Notes: generated by a model from the sequence alone, not told the origin. A stretch of DNA of 64,000 bases from Rhizophagus irregularis (GCF_026210795.1 NC_089432.1:3348001-3412000), one strand, 5' to 3'; counted from the stretch's first letter, positions 27,051 to 40,430 are shown. Made by a program: numbers and translations.

Positions 27051-29065
27051 CTTTGTTAGATTGGTTTTCAATTTTTATTTTTTATTTTTTGTTATCATCA
27101 ATGTTTTAATTTTTAGAATGGGTTACGTATATATAGTATGTCTATTTCGTGATGATACATTTTCATATAAGAATTATTGATATATCGGAATTTTACTCTC
27201 ATCATGTGATCTAGATTTAATTACAGTCTGTCTTCCTTAACGTAAGGACGATGTACCATCAAATAATTAAATCAAAACATATAAAACATATGCAAAGTAT
27301 CACATAAAAAATTATTATCAGAGATTTTTTTAATAATTCTGCACGGTTAAGGATTTTAAAATGGCATTATTAATAATAACAGAAACTTGATGACCTAACT
27401 GCGAAGTGTAACAAAGGGTTACAGTTCTCGTGATGTATATAGAGGTTGATGAAATTAAATATATAATGCTCAGATCGATCATATGAATAAAAGTTGCTCA
27501 CGCGAAATGTAACACATAATCTTGATGTGAGTTTCGTCATGACTCATGAGTAATTGAGTGTAGTATAAATATAGTATCTCGACTTTTTTTTAAGTCTACC
27601 TTTTCTATGTCTAGGTCTTCTATCTCTTTATTAGGCCTTCTCTTTATTAGGTCTTCTCTTAGGCCTTTTCTTTACATCTTCCTTAAGGTATGTGGGTTTG
27701 GGAGTGTGGGTTTGTGTATGTTTGTGTATTTCCTCTTTTCATATTTTCGTTTTCCCCTTTCCCTGTCATTCTTCCCTTTCCCTTTCCACTTCCCCCCTAA
27801 GTCAGCAACAAACAATAATTACATATTACATAGGCCATAAATCGTCTAAATTACATACACCGATTAACTCTTAAATTTTTTTAAACATTTTTTATATTTA
27901 TATTAAAAAAAATTTTTTTCATTCCCTAACCATTTCTTTCTATTATATGAATTAAATAAAATAAATTAGTATCAGTTACAGTATACTTGCCCTTAGCCAG
28001 ATTTAGTAAGTAACAAGTGGAAAAAAATGGTGAGTGTAAAAAAGAGGAAAAATCGCAACAATAATTCCAGTTACTTACGTTTGGATGTTGAGACGAAGGT
28101 TACCTAGTCTCCGTTATTCTGTAGTTGCGATAAGGTGGTCATGAGCATAAGCAGGGTGGCCGAGGTCACTACCGTATGTATTGTCACTACAAGTATACCA
28201 TACAACCATCATCTGTATGGTCACTTCATAGAAAACTATATGGTGCTGCAGAGTCACTTACCCACTTTAGCTTCGCCAAATGCTTGCTTAGGCTGGTCCT
28301 AACACTCACATTGTATATTTGTAGACATGATTTATGCCCATTGTTTTCATATAGAATGTTCACGTAGGTACGTGACTCTGCAGGGAATCTCAGGTCCAAA
28401 ATTTTATCTTTCTTTTTGAACAGGCTCAAAGTGTTATTAATGGATTTACCATTATTATAGCTAAATTGTAGTTCCAGCCATAGGTAGTCCAAGTATCTTA
28501 TCTTTAATATTTCGATTATCTGGCATAAACTTTATTAATTGTAAAGGAACGAGATTGTGATTATGTGTTAAATCAATACAATCCGACCTTAAAACACAAT
28601 AACATGATCTATTTATAGTAGGTTTATTATTTACAGCTCACTTTTTGAACAAACTCTTTCTCCATCTTATTTCTTTTGTATTTGCTATGTCAAGTCTTAC
28701 ATTAAACTATATTTTGTATAATTTTTACAAAGAAATGTAATTTTATTACCTTCTTTAATATATCGTATCTATAGATATATTACTTACACTATTAGACATG
28801 TTTTCTATGAAAAAGGAGACTGCGGTTATAATGTAAAAAAAAATTCAAGATTCCGCGTATTATCTGCTATTTATTTTTAGCTTATATCTCAATATTTCCG
28901 AATAAATATTCTTCCCTTGATAAATTATCTTCTTATTAGTACCAGAATTATCGGTCTTTTACCTATATACAATAGTTTGTACAGTACATTAATAAGTATA
29001 CGTTAAGAATCTCCTATCCTGAGTGAGATCGACCTGTTAAAATGATATACGCAGTAAGTTTTGCA

Positions 29066-29245
29066 GGAAAACGGAAACCGTTATTAGGTCCGAAGTAGTT
29101 GTTAAATTATAAAATCTGTCATCTAAGGAACATGGGTTCAGTTTCTGGAATAAGCAGAATAATTGGGAATTATCAGACATCAGGACATGACGTCATCAAA
29201 CGTAGAAGTACATAGTCCTTCGTTACACTTCGGAGTTCGGACTAA
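29066..29245. repeat. Partial copy of the element at 32649-32859
   Basis: Shares AGGAAA.CGGAAACCGTTATTAG, GCAGAATAATTGGGAATT and TGACG.CATCAA.CGTAG.AGTA.ATAGTCCTTCG in the same orientation. Confidence 0.7.
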
Positions 29246-30222
29246 CAATTACTATGTATAATAATAACAAACAGGGAAACCGTGAAAACGTTATTACAGA
29301 GTTTGAATATCGAGAAAGAAACTGGATTTAAAAGAATGTGAACTTAGGAAACGAGAAGCAAAAGTTCATATGTAATGGAATTATCTGATCTTGAGAAGAG
29401 ATATGAATTAAATCAAAATTAGTGTTTAATTATTAGCTTAGAATACTATAAAATTCGTAATTCAATCAGTTCTAATTAGGCTAGCAGTGTAATAAATAGG
29501 AAAAATAATCTTTGATTACAGATATAAAGCATTATTTTAATAAACATGACAATTATGATAAAAAGAATAAAATAAAACAATCAAAATAAAAATTAAACTG
29601 TTGAGGTATAAAAAATGTCAATATCACACATATTAAGTTCTACATTCTATTCTCAATATCGATTTTACTATTTTAGCATCATGCAATACTCAGCAAGCTA
29701 CTATCGTCTTTCTCATCTTTCTAGGGTAGTCACACCGTACGGAGCTCTTAGTACATTTGTGTAACATTTATTATATACCATAAAAAATTTCATTATACTA
29801 TACATTTAGCCTTTTTAAAATTAACGTTTAGTGTCACCTAACTCAACTTTTAAAGAACAATATATGATCATCTTGATTGACCGATTTAAAGAATTTCAAA
29901 TATTGTAAATATTGTAAAGAAATAAAATTGAAAGTGAGAAATATTTGTTGTATTCTGTTTCGTCAAATTATTTTGTTATGCCCTCAAGTGTGAAATTTAT
30001 ATTGTAATTTATTGTAATTTGAATAAATGATTAACATTTTTTAATCTGTTTCTGAAAATGGAAATAACACAAAGATGTCTGACAAAAAAAAACCTGTTTT
30101 ATTACGAAATGGGAATAATAAATAAGTTTCAAAGAAATAATTTGGTTTAAAAAAAAATAAAAATTTCTTTTCCTTTGTTCAACACTTTACCGCAGTAAAA
30201 CTTTTTTTTTCTTTGATTTAAT

Positions 30223-32280
30223 ATGTCTTCTAATATCGAAACAAAAAGCTCATTCATTTGGGTTAAAGAAGCAATATCTAAAAAACATATTAAAAGTTAT
30301 GATTATAAGTATTTTAGCAATATACAAGAGATTGGAACGGGTGGTTTTGGAAAAGTTTCTCGTGCAATGTATAAAAATTCGGAGCAATATTTGGCGTTAA
30401 AATCTTTTATTAATCTTGATAATACTACTCTTGAAGAACTTTCTCGTGAGGTGAATATAAAAATACGATAAATACTCTCTCTTCTTAAAATCTTTTCGTA
30501 ATTTTATTTACTTTTCTTAAATTACCAAGCTTGCCCTTCATCGTGATGTTGACTTTCATGATAATGTGATCAAATTTTATGGAGTTACAAATTTAGATAA
30601 AGGTATAGAAACATTTCCCAAATAATATTTTTAATTAGTAAAAATAACACTTTTTGATTTAGACTCTACTAGTGACAAAATGATGCTGGTGATGGAGTAT
30701 GCAGATAGTGGATCTCTTCGAAGCTATTTGGGGACGAACTTCAATAATCTTACTTGGTATGACAGGTATAGCCTAGCATACCAGTTAGCTTGCGCGGTAT
30801 CATGCTTACATGATGAAGGAATCGTACACCGTGATTTGGTAATTTCAATCATTTATTAATAACTATAATTCATGTAATTTATATAAAAAAGTAACATATT
30901 TAAATTATTTAATAGCATTCCGGTAATATATTAATTCATCAAAATAAAGTCAAGTTATCAGATTTTGGATTATCCAAAAGAATTGAGGCATCATCCAAAA
31001 AGAAATCAAGTTTATTTGGTATAGTTCCCTATATTGACCCAAAAAAATTTGATATGAACATTGAATATTCATTAAATGAAAAGAGCGATGTTTACAGTAT
31101 TGGCGTATTACTATGGGAAATATCGAGTGGACAAATTCCTTTTAAAGATGTTTTTTATGATGTTTGTTTAGCTACAAAAATTTTCCAAGGCCAAAGGGAA
31201 CAAACTATCGATGGTACCCCTGATGAGTATACTAGACTTTATAAAGGTAAATTTAATTATAATTGAAATTTGCTTACAGGATACAGGCTTTAGTTCATTC
31301 AAGATTCATACATTTAAATCTAACAAATATTTATTCTTAATCTAATAGAATGTTGGAATGGTGAACCAGATGATCGTCCTATTATAGTCGATGTTGTGAA
31401 GAGATTAAAGTTGATAATTTCACGATCAGATACGACAATTAAAAATAAGAATTTTCTAATTCCAAACGACAATATAAATATCGATTATATTAGTATTAAG
31501 AATTCATCCCGCAAAAATACATCTCAGCTTATCAAAGATTTGGAAAATATAGAAGTGGAACAAAACGAAAATACGCTCGCTAAGGTTGATGAGAAATTAA
31601 TTGATGAAATTGTTAACCTTATATTCAAGGAAATTGATGAAGAAAAAGATCAAGAAACAAGAAAAAAACATATTCTTAATAATCTTAATAATGAGATTAC
31701 GTTACCAAAAATTTATGATTGGTTGTCAATTAATCAAAATGAACCAAATTTCATTTTTTTACTCGGGTATTTTAACTATTATGGAATAGTAACTGGTGAA
31801 AATAAAAAAGAAGCTTTTAATTTATTTAAAATTGCCTCTGAAAAAGACCATATATTAGCATATTATTATGTAGGTTTATGTTATGAATTTGGCAATGGAA
31901 CTGTAAGGAATGAGAAGTCTGCTTTTGAATATTTTAAAAAAATAGCTAATAAAAATCACGCATTAGGACAATTCAAAGTAGGGTATTTTTATTATAAAGG
32001 GATAATCGCTAAAAAGAATTTAAAAGAAGCTTTTAATTGGTATGAAAAGGCTGCGTATAATGGAAATTTAATAGCTATGTGTAATCTTGGTTTGATGTAT
32101 AGGAATGGAGAAGGTACTAATAAAGATCTTGATAAAGCAATTTATTGGTATAATGAATCTGCTGAAAAAGGAAATCAAGACGCTCAAAAGTCTTTAGAGA
32201 AACTTAAGAAAATTAAGGAAAGAAAAAGGACGTGGTCACGTGCGTGGTCATTAGGGCCGTGGTCGCGGAATACAACTTAA
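30223..32280 (+). CDS. Kinase-Sel1 repeat gene g6 (5 exons, Trp-rich tail, no CaaX)
   Basis: Motifs GTGGFGKV, ALK, HRDL|HSGNIL, SDFG, YIDPK, CWNGEPDDRP; Sel1 repeats in 31396-32280. Confidence 0.9.
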
Positions 32281-32648
32281 TGATCGAAAATTATTGGGCG
32301 AGATTACAAAATTGCGGTTAGAGAAATGCATAATTTCCCTTTTAAGAAAATACCAAAAAAAAATTAAAAATACTTTTTAATAAATGCATCGTGATCGATT
32401 TAATGTATTTTTTAGTAAAGCAAATTTTAAATAGTTGTAATTTTTCATTTCTAATTTATGTAAATCACTTCATTTTATCGATTCTATAAAATTTTTAAAT
32501 ATATGCACAATAAATCAAATTTTCAAATGATTTTTTTTTTTACATTTTAAAAAAAAAAATATCGAAATTCGAGGTATAGGTTATTAACGTAAAAGTATCG
32601 ATCCTGATATATTAGCTTGTATCTTTGTAAGATACCTTCCATATTAAT

Positions 32649-32859
32649 TAGTCCGAAGTGACTATATATTTCTACGCAAGGTAGTATGTACGTTTATGCA
32701 ATATCCGGATATCCATCCAGCAAAAATGTCATTCTCGGTATATTCAACTAGGAAAGCGGAAACCGTTATTAGTGGTTAAATTGCAGAATAATTGGGAATT
32801 CTTGGACATCCGGCGGACGTGACGACATCAAGCGTAGGAGTAAATAGTCCTTCGGACTA
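32649..32859. mobile_element. Small TIR element between convergent g6 and g7
   Basis: TAGTCCGAAGTGACTATATATTTCTACGC ... GCGTAGGAGTAAATAGTCCTTCGGACTA; a second right-end copy at about 32906-32921. Confidence 0.65.
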
Positions 32860-33188
32860 TTTATTTATTTATTTATTTTATGCGAAGCTGGACAGTCAAT
32901 TAAACATAGTCCTTCGGACTAATTATATGTCTACCAAGAATAATGATATTTTTGCTTCGCACGTGACATTGTACAACAAAAAAATTTTCTTAATAATGGT
33001 TTCCGTTTCTAATATATATATACTAGAGAACGGTTTCAAAAACCTTTGTTAAGTCTGGAGCATAAGTAAAACTAGATGAACCAATTGCATACGCGTAAAA
33101 ATAAACAGTCCTTCATTACATCAGTCGTGATAGTTTATCATAAAAAAATAAATCTGAAAAAAATTCATTTTCAACATAAATTAATTTA

Positions 33189-35464
33189 TTAGCTAACCGT
33201 ACATATTTTCCTATTCTTAATTTTTAAAAGTTTGTTTAAAGTTTTTTGAGCGTCTTGATTTCCTTTATCAGCAGATTCATTATACCAATAAATTGCTTTA
33301 TCAAGATCTTTATTAGTACCTTCTCCATTCCTATACATAAGACCAATATTACACATAGCTATTAAATTTCCATTATACGCAGCCTTTTCATACCAATTAA
33401 AAGCTTCTTTTAAATTCTTTTTAACACTGATTCCCTTATAATAAAAATATCCTAGTTTGAATTGCCCTAATGCATGCTCTTCATCAGCTATCTTTTTAAA
33501 AGAGTCAAAGGCTAATTTACCATTCTTTACAACTCCATTACCAAATTCATAACATAATCCTACATAATATCGTGCTAATATATGATTTTTCTCTGAAGCA
33601 TTCTTAAATAAACTAAAAGCCTTCTCATAATTTTTATCTGTTCCTATTTCATGGTAATTAAAATATCCAAGCAAAAAAATATAATTTGATTCATTTTGGT
33701 TATTTAATAACCAATTATAAATCTCTAGTAAAGTAATCTTATTACTATTGAGATTATCAAGAATAAGTTGATTTCTTATATCTTGATCTTTTTCTTCATT
33801 AAGCTCTTTAAAAATAATTTCAACTATTACATTAATTAATGTTTTTTTAACTTCATTAATATCATCGATACTATTTAATGTACTTTCATTTGTATTTTCA
33901 AAATTTTGAATAGCTTGAATGATTTTAGATTTTTTATGCGATGAGTTTCTAATGTCCATATCTTCAATTACCTTTAAGTTATCAACTTCTATATTTGACG
34001 GTGAAATAAATGCTTTTAACCTTTTAACAACTTCAAACATAGATGGTCGATTATCTGGTTCAATATTCCAACATTCTAAAAGATAAAAAAAAAATTATGC
34101 CAACTTTATATAAAAACTTGATTAGGAAATTCGTAAAACAAACAATTGAGTTTAAATATATATTTACCTCTATAAAGATTAGCATATTCAATGGGAGTAT
34201 TAAAAATGGTTGCTTCTCTTTCACCTTCGCGAATTCGCATGGCCAAACAAATGTCATATGCAACATCTTCAAAGGGAAGTTTTCCACTGGAAATTTCCCA
34301 TAATAATACACCAACACTGTAAACATCACTCTTTTCATTTAATGAGTTTGGATCATTACCACTCGTAAAAAACGTTATTGGGTCAATATAAGGAATTACT
34401 CCAAATAAATCTAATTGCTGCTGTTTATGCAATGTTTCAATTCTTCTTGATAAACCAAAATCAGCTAGCTTGATTTTATTCTCATGTATTAATATATTAC
34501 TAGAATACTTTTTCAAAAAAAAAAATTTATTGTTATATAACAAATCTTATAGATATTAATGATAAATAATAAGAATTAATAAATTACCAGATCAAGGTGC
34601 ACGATTCCTTCGCTATGCAAGCATGATACAGCACATGCTAATTGGTATGCCAATTTGTATTTATCTTCCCAAGTAAGATTCTTAAAGTTCCCTTTCAAAT
34701 AGTTTTGAAGAGAACCACCATCAGCGTATTGCATTACTAATAAGTAATTCTTCGTCATTCCACTACTTGCAATTTCTAATAAAAAAGTTTCGTTGAAAAC
34801 AAGGATTATTAGATAAGGATTATATGTAACTTAAGATGTTAACATATTATATGATTATTGTAATACCTTGATCTTGAGTTGTAATCCCATAAAAGTTAAT
34901 TACGTTGTCATGAAAAGCTACTTCACGTTGAAGTTCGAGCTAATAAAATTATATAAAAATATTTAAGTATAAAAAATATAAATATATATACTAAATTATG
35001 CACGTGCAGTAGATGACAATATTCTGATTATCTTATTTATCTGACGGACTTTAGTCCCAAAATTATTTTTTTCACATCCCCTTAAATGTCACCGGTCACG
35101 TGGGCAGAATTTTAATTATAAAATTGGTGTTACAACGGTAAATCGGCCGATAATATACAACGGCGCCGGGTATAGTTAATTCTACAACGATCGAAAAAAA
35201 TTTTAATTTTATAACCACCTCGTGAACAAGTTCCTTAATAGTAGCCTTATCAAAACTAAAAAAATATTTTAATGCTAAGTATTGATCTAAATCTTTCCAT
35301 TTAGCGCGGTAAACTCTCCCAAAATTTCCATTTCCAATTTCTCGAATATTGCTAAAATGTTTATATTCATAAAATTTAATATGATTTTTAGAAATCGCTT
35401 CTTCGACCCAAAATAACAATTCATTCACTTCGTTTAAATTGTCGGTTTCAATGTTACGAGACAT
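33189..35464 (-). CDS. Kinase-Sel1 repeat gene g7 (5 exons, HLDLYSSN catalytic loop, ends CTVS)
   Basis: Motifs GNGNFGRV, ALK, HLDL|YSSNIL, ADFG, YIDPI; same intron positions as the paralogs; Sel1 repeats in 33189-34040. Confidence 0.88.
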
Positions 35465-35772
35465 GGAAAGCGCTAAATTACTAAAGCGTTAAAATATTAT
35501 TCATGCGTTAAATAAAGAGATTTTTTTTTTTTTTTTTTTTTTTTTGAAAAAAAAATACATGTATACAGCATATATATATACAGAAACTTCATTAATTTCA
35601 TTGTTCTATAATTGGTAGTCTTTGTTTTCTTATTTTGAGTAAGTTAAGAAAGAGATCTTCGATCACGTGGCTAATTTTTTAAAACGTGCACTTAAATTGA
35701 TTGTCAACCGGAGTTGTAGACCGGTTCCCAATCAAGGGGTATTAAAGTTTTACTATAGTAATAAAAAATACA

Positions 35773-36126
35773 ATTGCCATTTTCAGAAATGTTGACACAA
35801 TGTGTCGATCATTTCTACACCGAACACACAGCGAAAAAAAATTTTTTTCCTTTATAAAACAAAAAATAAAACTTTAGTAATATATTTTTAGGTAGTGTGC
35901 ATAAAAAAATGTATAAAAATTAGATAATTCACATATATATTCACATGTATTTGCTTGTGTTTACTTGTGTTCGGTGTGTTCGGTATAAATATTCACATTT
36001 CCAATTTTTAATTTTTTTTTTTCATATATAAAACTATGCAATCATATTTTTAAGTTCGCATAATTTACGGTGTGTTCGGTGTAGAAATGATCGACACTGA
36101 TTGTAAACATTTCTGAAAACGGCAAT
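35773..36126. mobile_element. MITE-like element with about 55-bp TIRs in the g7/g8 divergent promoter
   Basis: ATTGCCATTTTCAGAAATGTT..GTGTCGATCATTTCTACACCGAACACAC is inverted at about 36070-36126. Confidence 0.75.
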
Positions 36127-36328
36127 AACAACGATAAATTAAATAATATTACATATTACAAACTGTACCATACATAGTAGTATAATTTTTGTGTAACTGT
36201 AAGACTAAATTTATGGTAAAATGAAATTTTTTTTTTCGAGTAAAACAAAACTTTCTGTATTTCTATAAAATTGTATATACTTTTAATTTAATTTTTTTTT
36301 TTTAAAAAAAAAGAAAAAAATATTCACC

Positions 36329-38723
36329 ATGTCTCAAAACAATCAAACTGATAATTGGGATGAATGGGTTGAGGATGCCATTTCTAAAAAATATATTAAA
36401 CATTATGAATATAAATATTTTATAAATATTCAAGAAATTGGTACTGGCAGCTTTGGGAAAGTTTATCGTGCCAATTGGAAAAATTCGGAACAATGTTTAG
36501 CATTAAAATCTTTTTTTAAACTTGATAACACCACTGCTAAGGAACTTATTCATGAGGTGCCTATAAAGTACACTTGTTCTTAATATGTCATTATAATAAC
36601 TTTAACTGAAATTTTATTCTATAATTATATTTAGCTTGACCTTCAACGTGAAGTTGCTTTTCATGACAATATTATAAGTTTTTGTGGAATTACAATTGCT
36701 GATCAAGGTATATAATAAGTTACTTAATTGTTTGTACTTCATGGCTGTTGGGTCCATACGAAGAACGTATGTAAAAGACACAACTTATACCATACTATAT
36801 CACACTTTTTATATATCTGGATGTTCTCGACGTTTATGTTTAAACAATTGCAGTTGTCCGTAAATACAACACTAAATAACTTTTTTTTAAAAAAAAACAA
36901 ATGTTTAGAAAATACAAATGATCAAATAATGAAGTACTTATTGGTAATGGAATATGCTGATAGCGGGTCCCTACAAAACTATTTGAAAACAAACTTCAGT
37001 AAACTTACTTGGAATGACAAATGTAACTTGGCATATCAATTGGCTTGTGCAACATTATGTCTACATAATGAAGGAATTATACATCGCGACTTGGTAATTC
37101 ATTATAATTTAATAATTCGAAAGATTTATTTGTGTCAAATAACTTATATAATTTATATCATCTCATAGCATTCTGGAAACGTGTTAGTTCATCAGAATGC
37201 TATTAAGGTATCTGATTTTGGATTATCAAAAAGAATTAAAGAAATATCCAACTCTCAATCAAAATTATTTGGCGTTATTCCTTATATTGATCCAAAAGGA
37301 TTCGCCGGACAGCAACCATATTCGTTAAATAAAAAAAGTGACGTTTATAGTATTGGTGTGCTTTTCTGGGAGATAACAAGTGGTAGACCACCTTTCGAAA
37401 ATGAACAATATAATTGTGATTTAGCCGCACGAATTGCACAGGGTCTCAGAGAAACCATTGTTCCAGGTACACCTGGTAATTATGTTGAGCTTTATGTTGG
37501 TAAATATAATTTTAATGATTTATACTAGTGGTCAACCCGTTATCAACGACATTCTATCTAATAGTTACTTTTTTTATTTAGAATGTTGGAATAGTGAACC
37601 AGATAACCGCCCAACTATTAATGACGTAGTCGCAAGATTGAAAAAAATTATTAATACGTCAGATAATGCAAAAATTATTTATGAACCAACATTTAGTTCA
37701 AGTACTCATATAAGTATTAACAATTCATTAGTTGGAGGTGAATTATCTCAAATTTTTGATGAAATAACTACAGGAGCTTTAAAATCATCCAATAAAAAGA
37801 CAAGTGTTTTACTCGAAGAAGAGGATCCGAATATAATAATTAAAGAGATATTAGATTTTGTTTTTACAATAACAGAAAAAAAGGAACTAACCTTAATAAA
37901 GCAGAACATTATTGATTATTTTAATAAAAATGAAATTGATACACTGAAAATTTACAAACAATTACTAGATAATCAGAATGACGTAGATTCCATGGTTTTG
38001 CTTGGATATTTTTATTATATGGGAGTCGAGACAAGTAAGAATTATGAAAAGGCATTTGAATTATTTAAATATGCATCTAATAAATCAAATAATAGCGCAT
38101 CAGGACAATCAAAATCATATGTATTAGCAAATTATTACGTTGGAATATGTTACCACAACGGGTATGGAATTACAAAAAATGAAAAATTAGCTTTTGGTTA
38201 TTTTGACGAAGTAGCAAATAAAGATTATGCAGCGGGACAATCAAATGTAGGTTATTGTTATTGTATGGGAGTAGGTATTATAAAAGATTTAAAATTGGCT
38301 GCTCATTGGTATCAAAAAGCTGCAGATAACGGAAATATATTAGCGATATACAATCTTGGCCTTTTATATTTAAATGGAGATGGTGTTAATAAAGATCATG
38401 TTAAAGCTTTCAAATTATTTGAAAGATCATCTGAAGAATATTTGGGTGGAATTGTTATATTAGGACGTTGTTATGAATGTGGAATTGGAACCAAAATTGA
38501 TAAGTGTAGAGCATTCGAACTATACCACAAAGCAGCAGAATTAGGGGATAGTCAAGCTCAATATAATCTTGCTTTTATGTATAAAAATGGATACGGAACC
38601 ACAAAAGATTTTGATAAAGCAACTTATTGGTATAGAAAATCTGCTGACCAAGGACATGAAGATGCACATAATAAATTATATCAACTCTCAAAAGTTAGGC
38701 GTGATGACTGTAAAATCTTGTAA
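36329..38723 (+). CDS. Kinase-Sel1 repeat gene g8 (5 exons, about 7 Sel1 repeats, ends CKIL)
   Basis: Motifs GTGSFGKV, ALK, HRDL|HSGNVL, SDFG, YIDPK, CWNSEPDNRP. Closest paralog of g2 (shared insert SNNSASGQ.KSY.LANYY). Confidence 0.9.
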
Positions 38724-39229
38724 TTTATTTTGGTTCGTGCATATTATTTATTAATAAATTATTAATTTTCATAAAATAACTATATTTAACCGGGAAGAAA
38801 ATTAACCGGTGGCCAGAATTACATAATTCCAAGTCAAACCATAACCAGCATTAACATTAATTCCTTGCCGGTTAATTTTCCCCCGTTATCAATTTATAGA
38901 TAAATACGTTTTTTTGCTTTTATATATGATTTCTTATCTTAAAAAATAAATCAAACATATGACGCAGTTATGCATCATTTCACAATGAAAATTATTGTAA
39001 AATAAAATATCAATGATTGAACCAGGGGTGTACGATTAAAATTTTAGCGAATGTTATTAGTTTGTGTAACATTTATCTTGGACAAAAAAAATAGCACAAA
39101 AATATTAATTAAAAAGTTCAGAAACGTTTATTTTAACAATTTTTTCTTCACGCTCAAATAGGCAATAGCAACGCATTTCTCCTTATTATTATGTACGCGT
39201 TTAAATCGTGCTACTAGATAGAGGTGATA

Positions 39230-40430
39230 AATGATAATTAGCCTTACATATAGGAGGAAATACCTCTCCATTGCAATGTTGTTATTTATGACACCATTAG
39301 GTACATTATGTTCACCACCTGCAGCATAAAACCAGTCCTCATCCGTATGAACATCATGTACCAGAATAATAGTTGCTCCTATTACGGTAGGAGCCATCTG
39401 GCGCAGCTATATGAGCAGCAATTATATTTGCATTATTCAAAGCTATTTCAGCAGCAATATTGCTAAGGCATTCCACATCTAATATGGGTTAATTTCCCCT
39501 TTTTGTTCTTTAGTTTTTGTTCGTACCAATCTGCAGCCTTTCCGGTTAAACATAATTCGAAAAATGCTAAAACTCTCTGTTTTCCAGCAGCATTGTTAGT
39601 TGTCATTCCAGAGGCTGTGACATATAATCTGAAATCTTTAATGAAATTGTCTACGTCTTCATGTGCTGAGTCACTAAATCTAGGCGGTGGATACCATGCC
39701 ATTCCTGGTTGTTGATTTAAAAGTCCATTATTTTGTAAGATTAAAATTTTTTGTTGTAAATTATTAATTTGCTGTTGTAAATTGTTATTTTGAGTTTGTG
39801 AGGCTCGGAATTGTTACCTCCAGTTTTGAGCTTAACGAATACAACCAGTATGACATCTCTTCCATCTTTCAGTATCATGATTATATCTTACAGTCCATCT
39901 GCGAATATTTCTCCTATAGACTGTAATTTGCCAATTTTTTCGTTGATTAAGTAATTGTAATGCAAAATTTTGCATTAATAAATCATTAATTCGCCTTTTC
40001 CTATTTTCAGCAATTTCCCAGTACTCTCTGCGAGCATTTCATTCATCTCTTTATCATCCGATCTGTTCTTAATGCCTGAGCTCGGGCTTCATTCAGCTGA
40101 TGTCTAAGATCTTCCACTACCTATTTTCTTTATTCAGTAGATTCTGGTATTGATCACGCTCTGTCGCAATATTAGCAAGATTCTGACGTTTTAAAGTTCT
40201 AAGATCCAAAGTGGAATTTTGCAATGATGTTGCATCCTGACGAATCAAGTCTAAAAAATGGTTAGTATCATCACAAAGTATGTCAAGATTAGTTTGAGTT
40301 AAAGGCACTCTTCCTTCTATAAGCTGGCGAATTGTAGTAGTCTATCAGCAATTGCTGGTAAATAATTATTTATAATGCGTTGTATTGGATCTGGATTGCA
40401 TGAGCTATTAAGGCTGTTAAAGCTGTCAAG
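39230..40430 (-). mobile_element. Relic of a retrotransposon Gag/capsid-like ORF with upstream coiled-coil region
   Basis: PPRFSDSAHEDVDNFIKDF...CLTGKAADWYEQKL resembles Ty3/Gypsy-type capsid motifs; Q/N/L-rich coiled-coil fragments lie upstream; frameshifted. Confidence 0.55.

Noticed and set aside
38789..38887. Short inverted repeat GGGAAGAAAATTAACCGG / CCGGTTAATTTTCCCCC after g8, as a terminator
   Set aside because: Eukaryotic context; more likely a tiny MITE relic, and no TSD could be confirmed.
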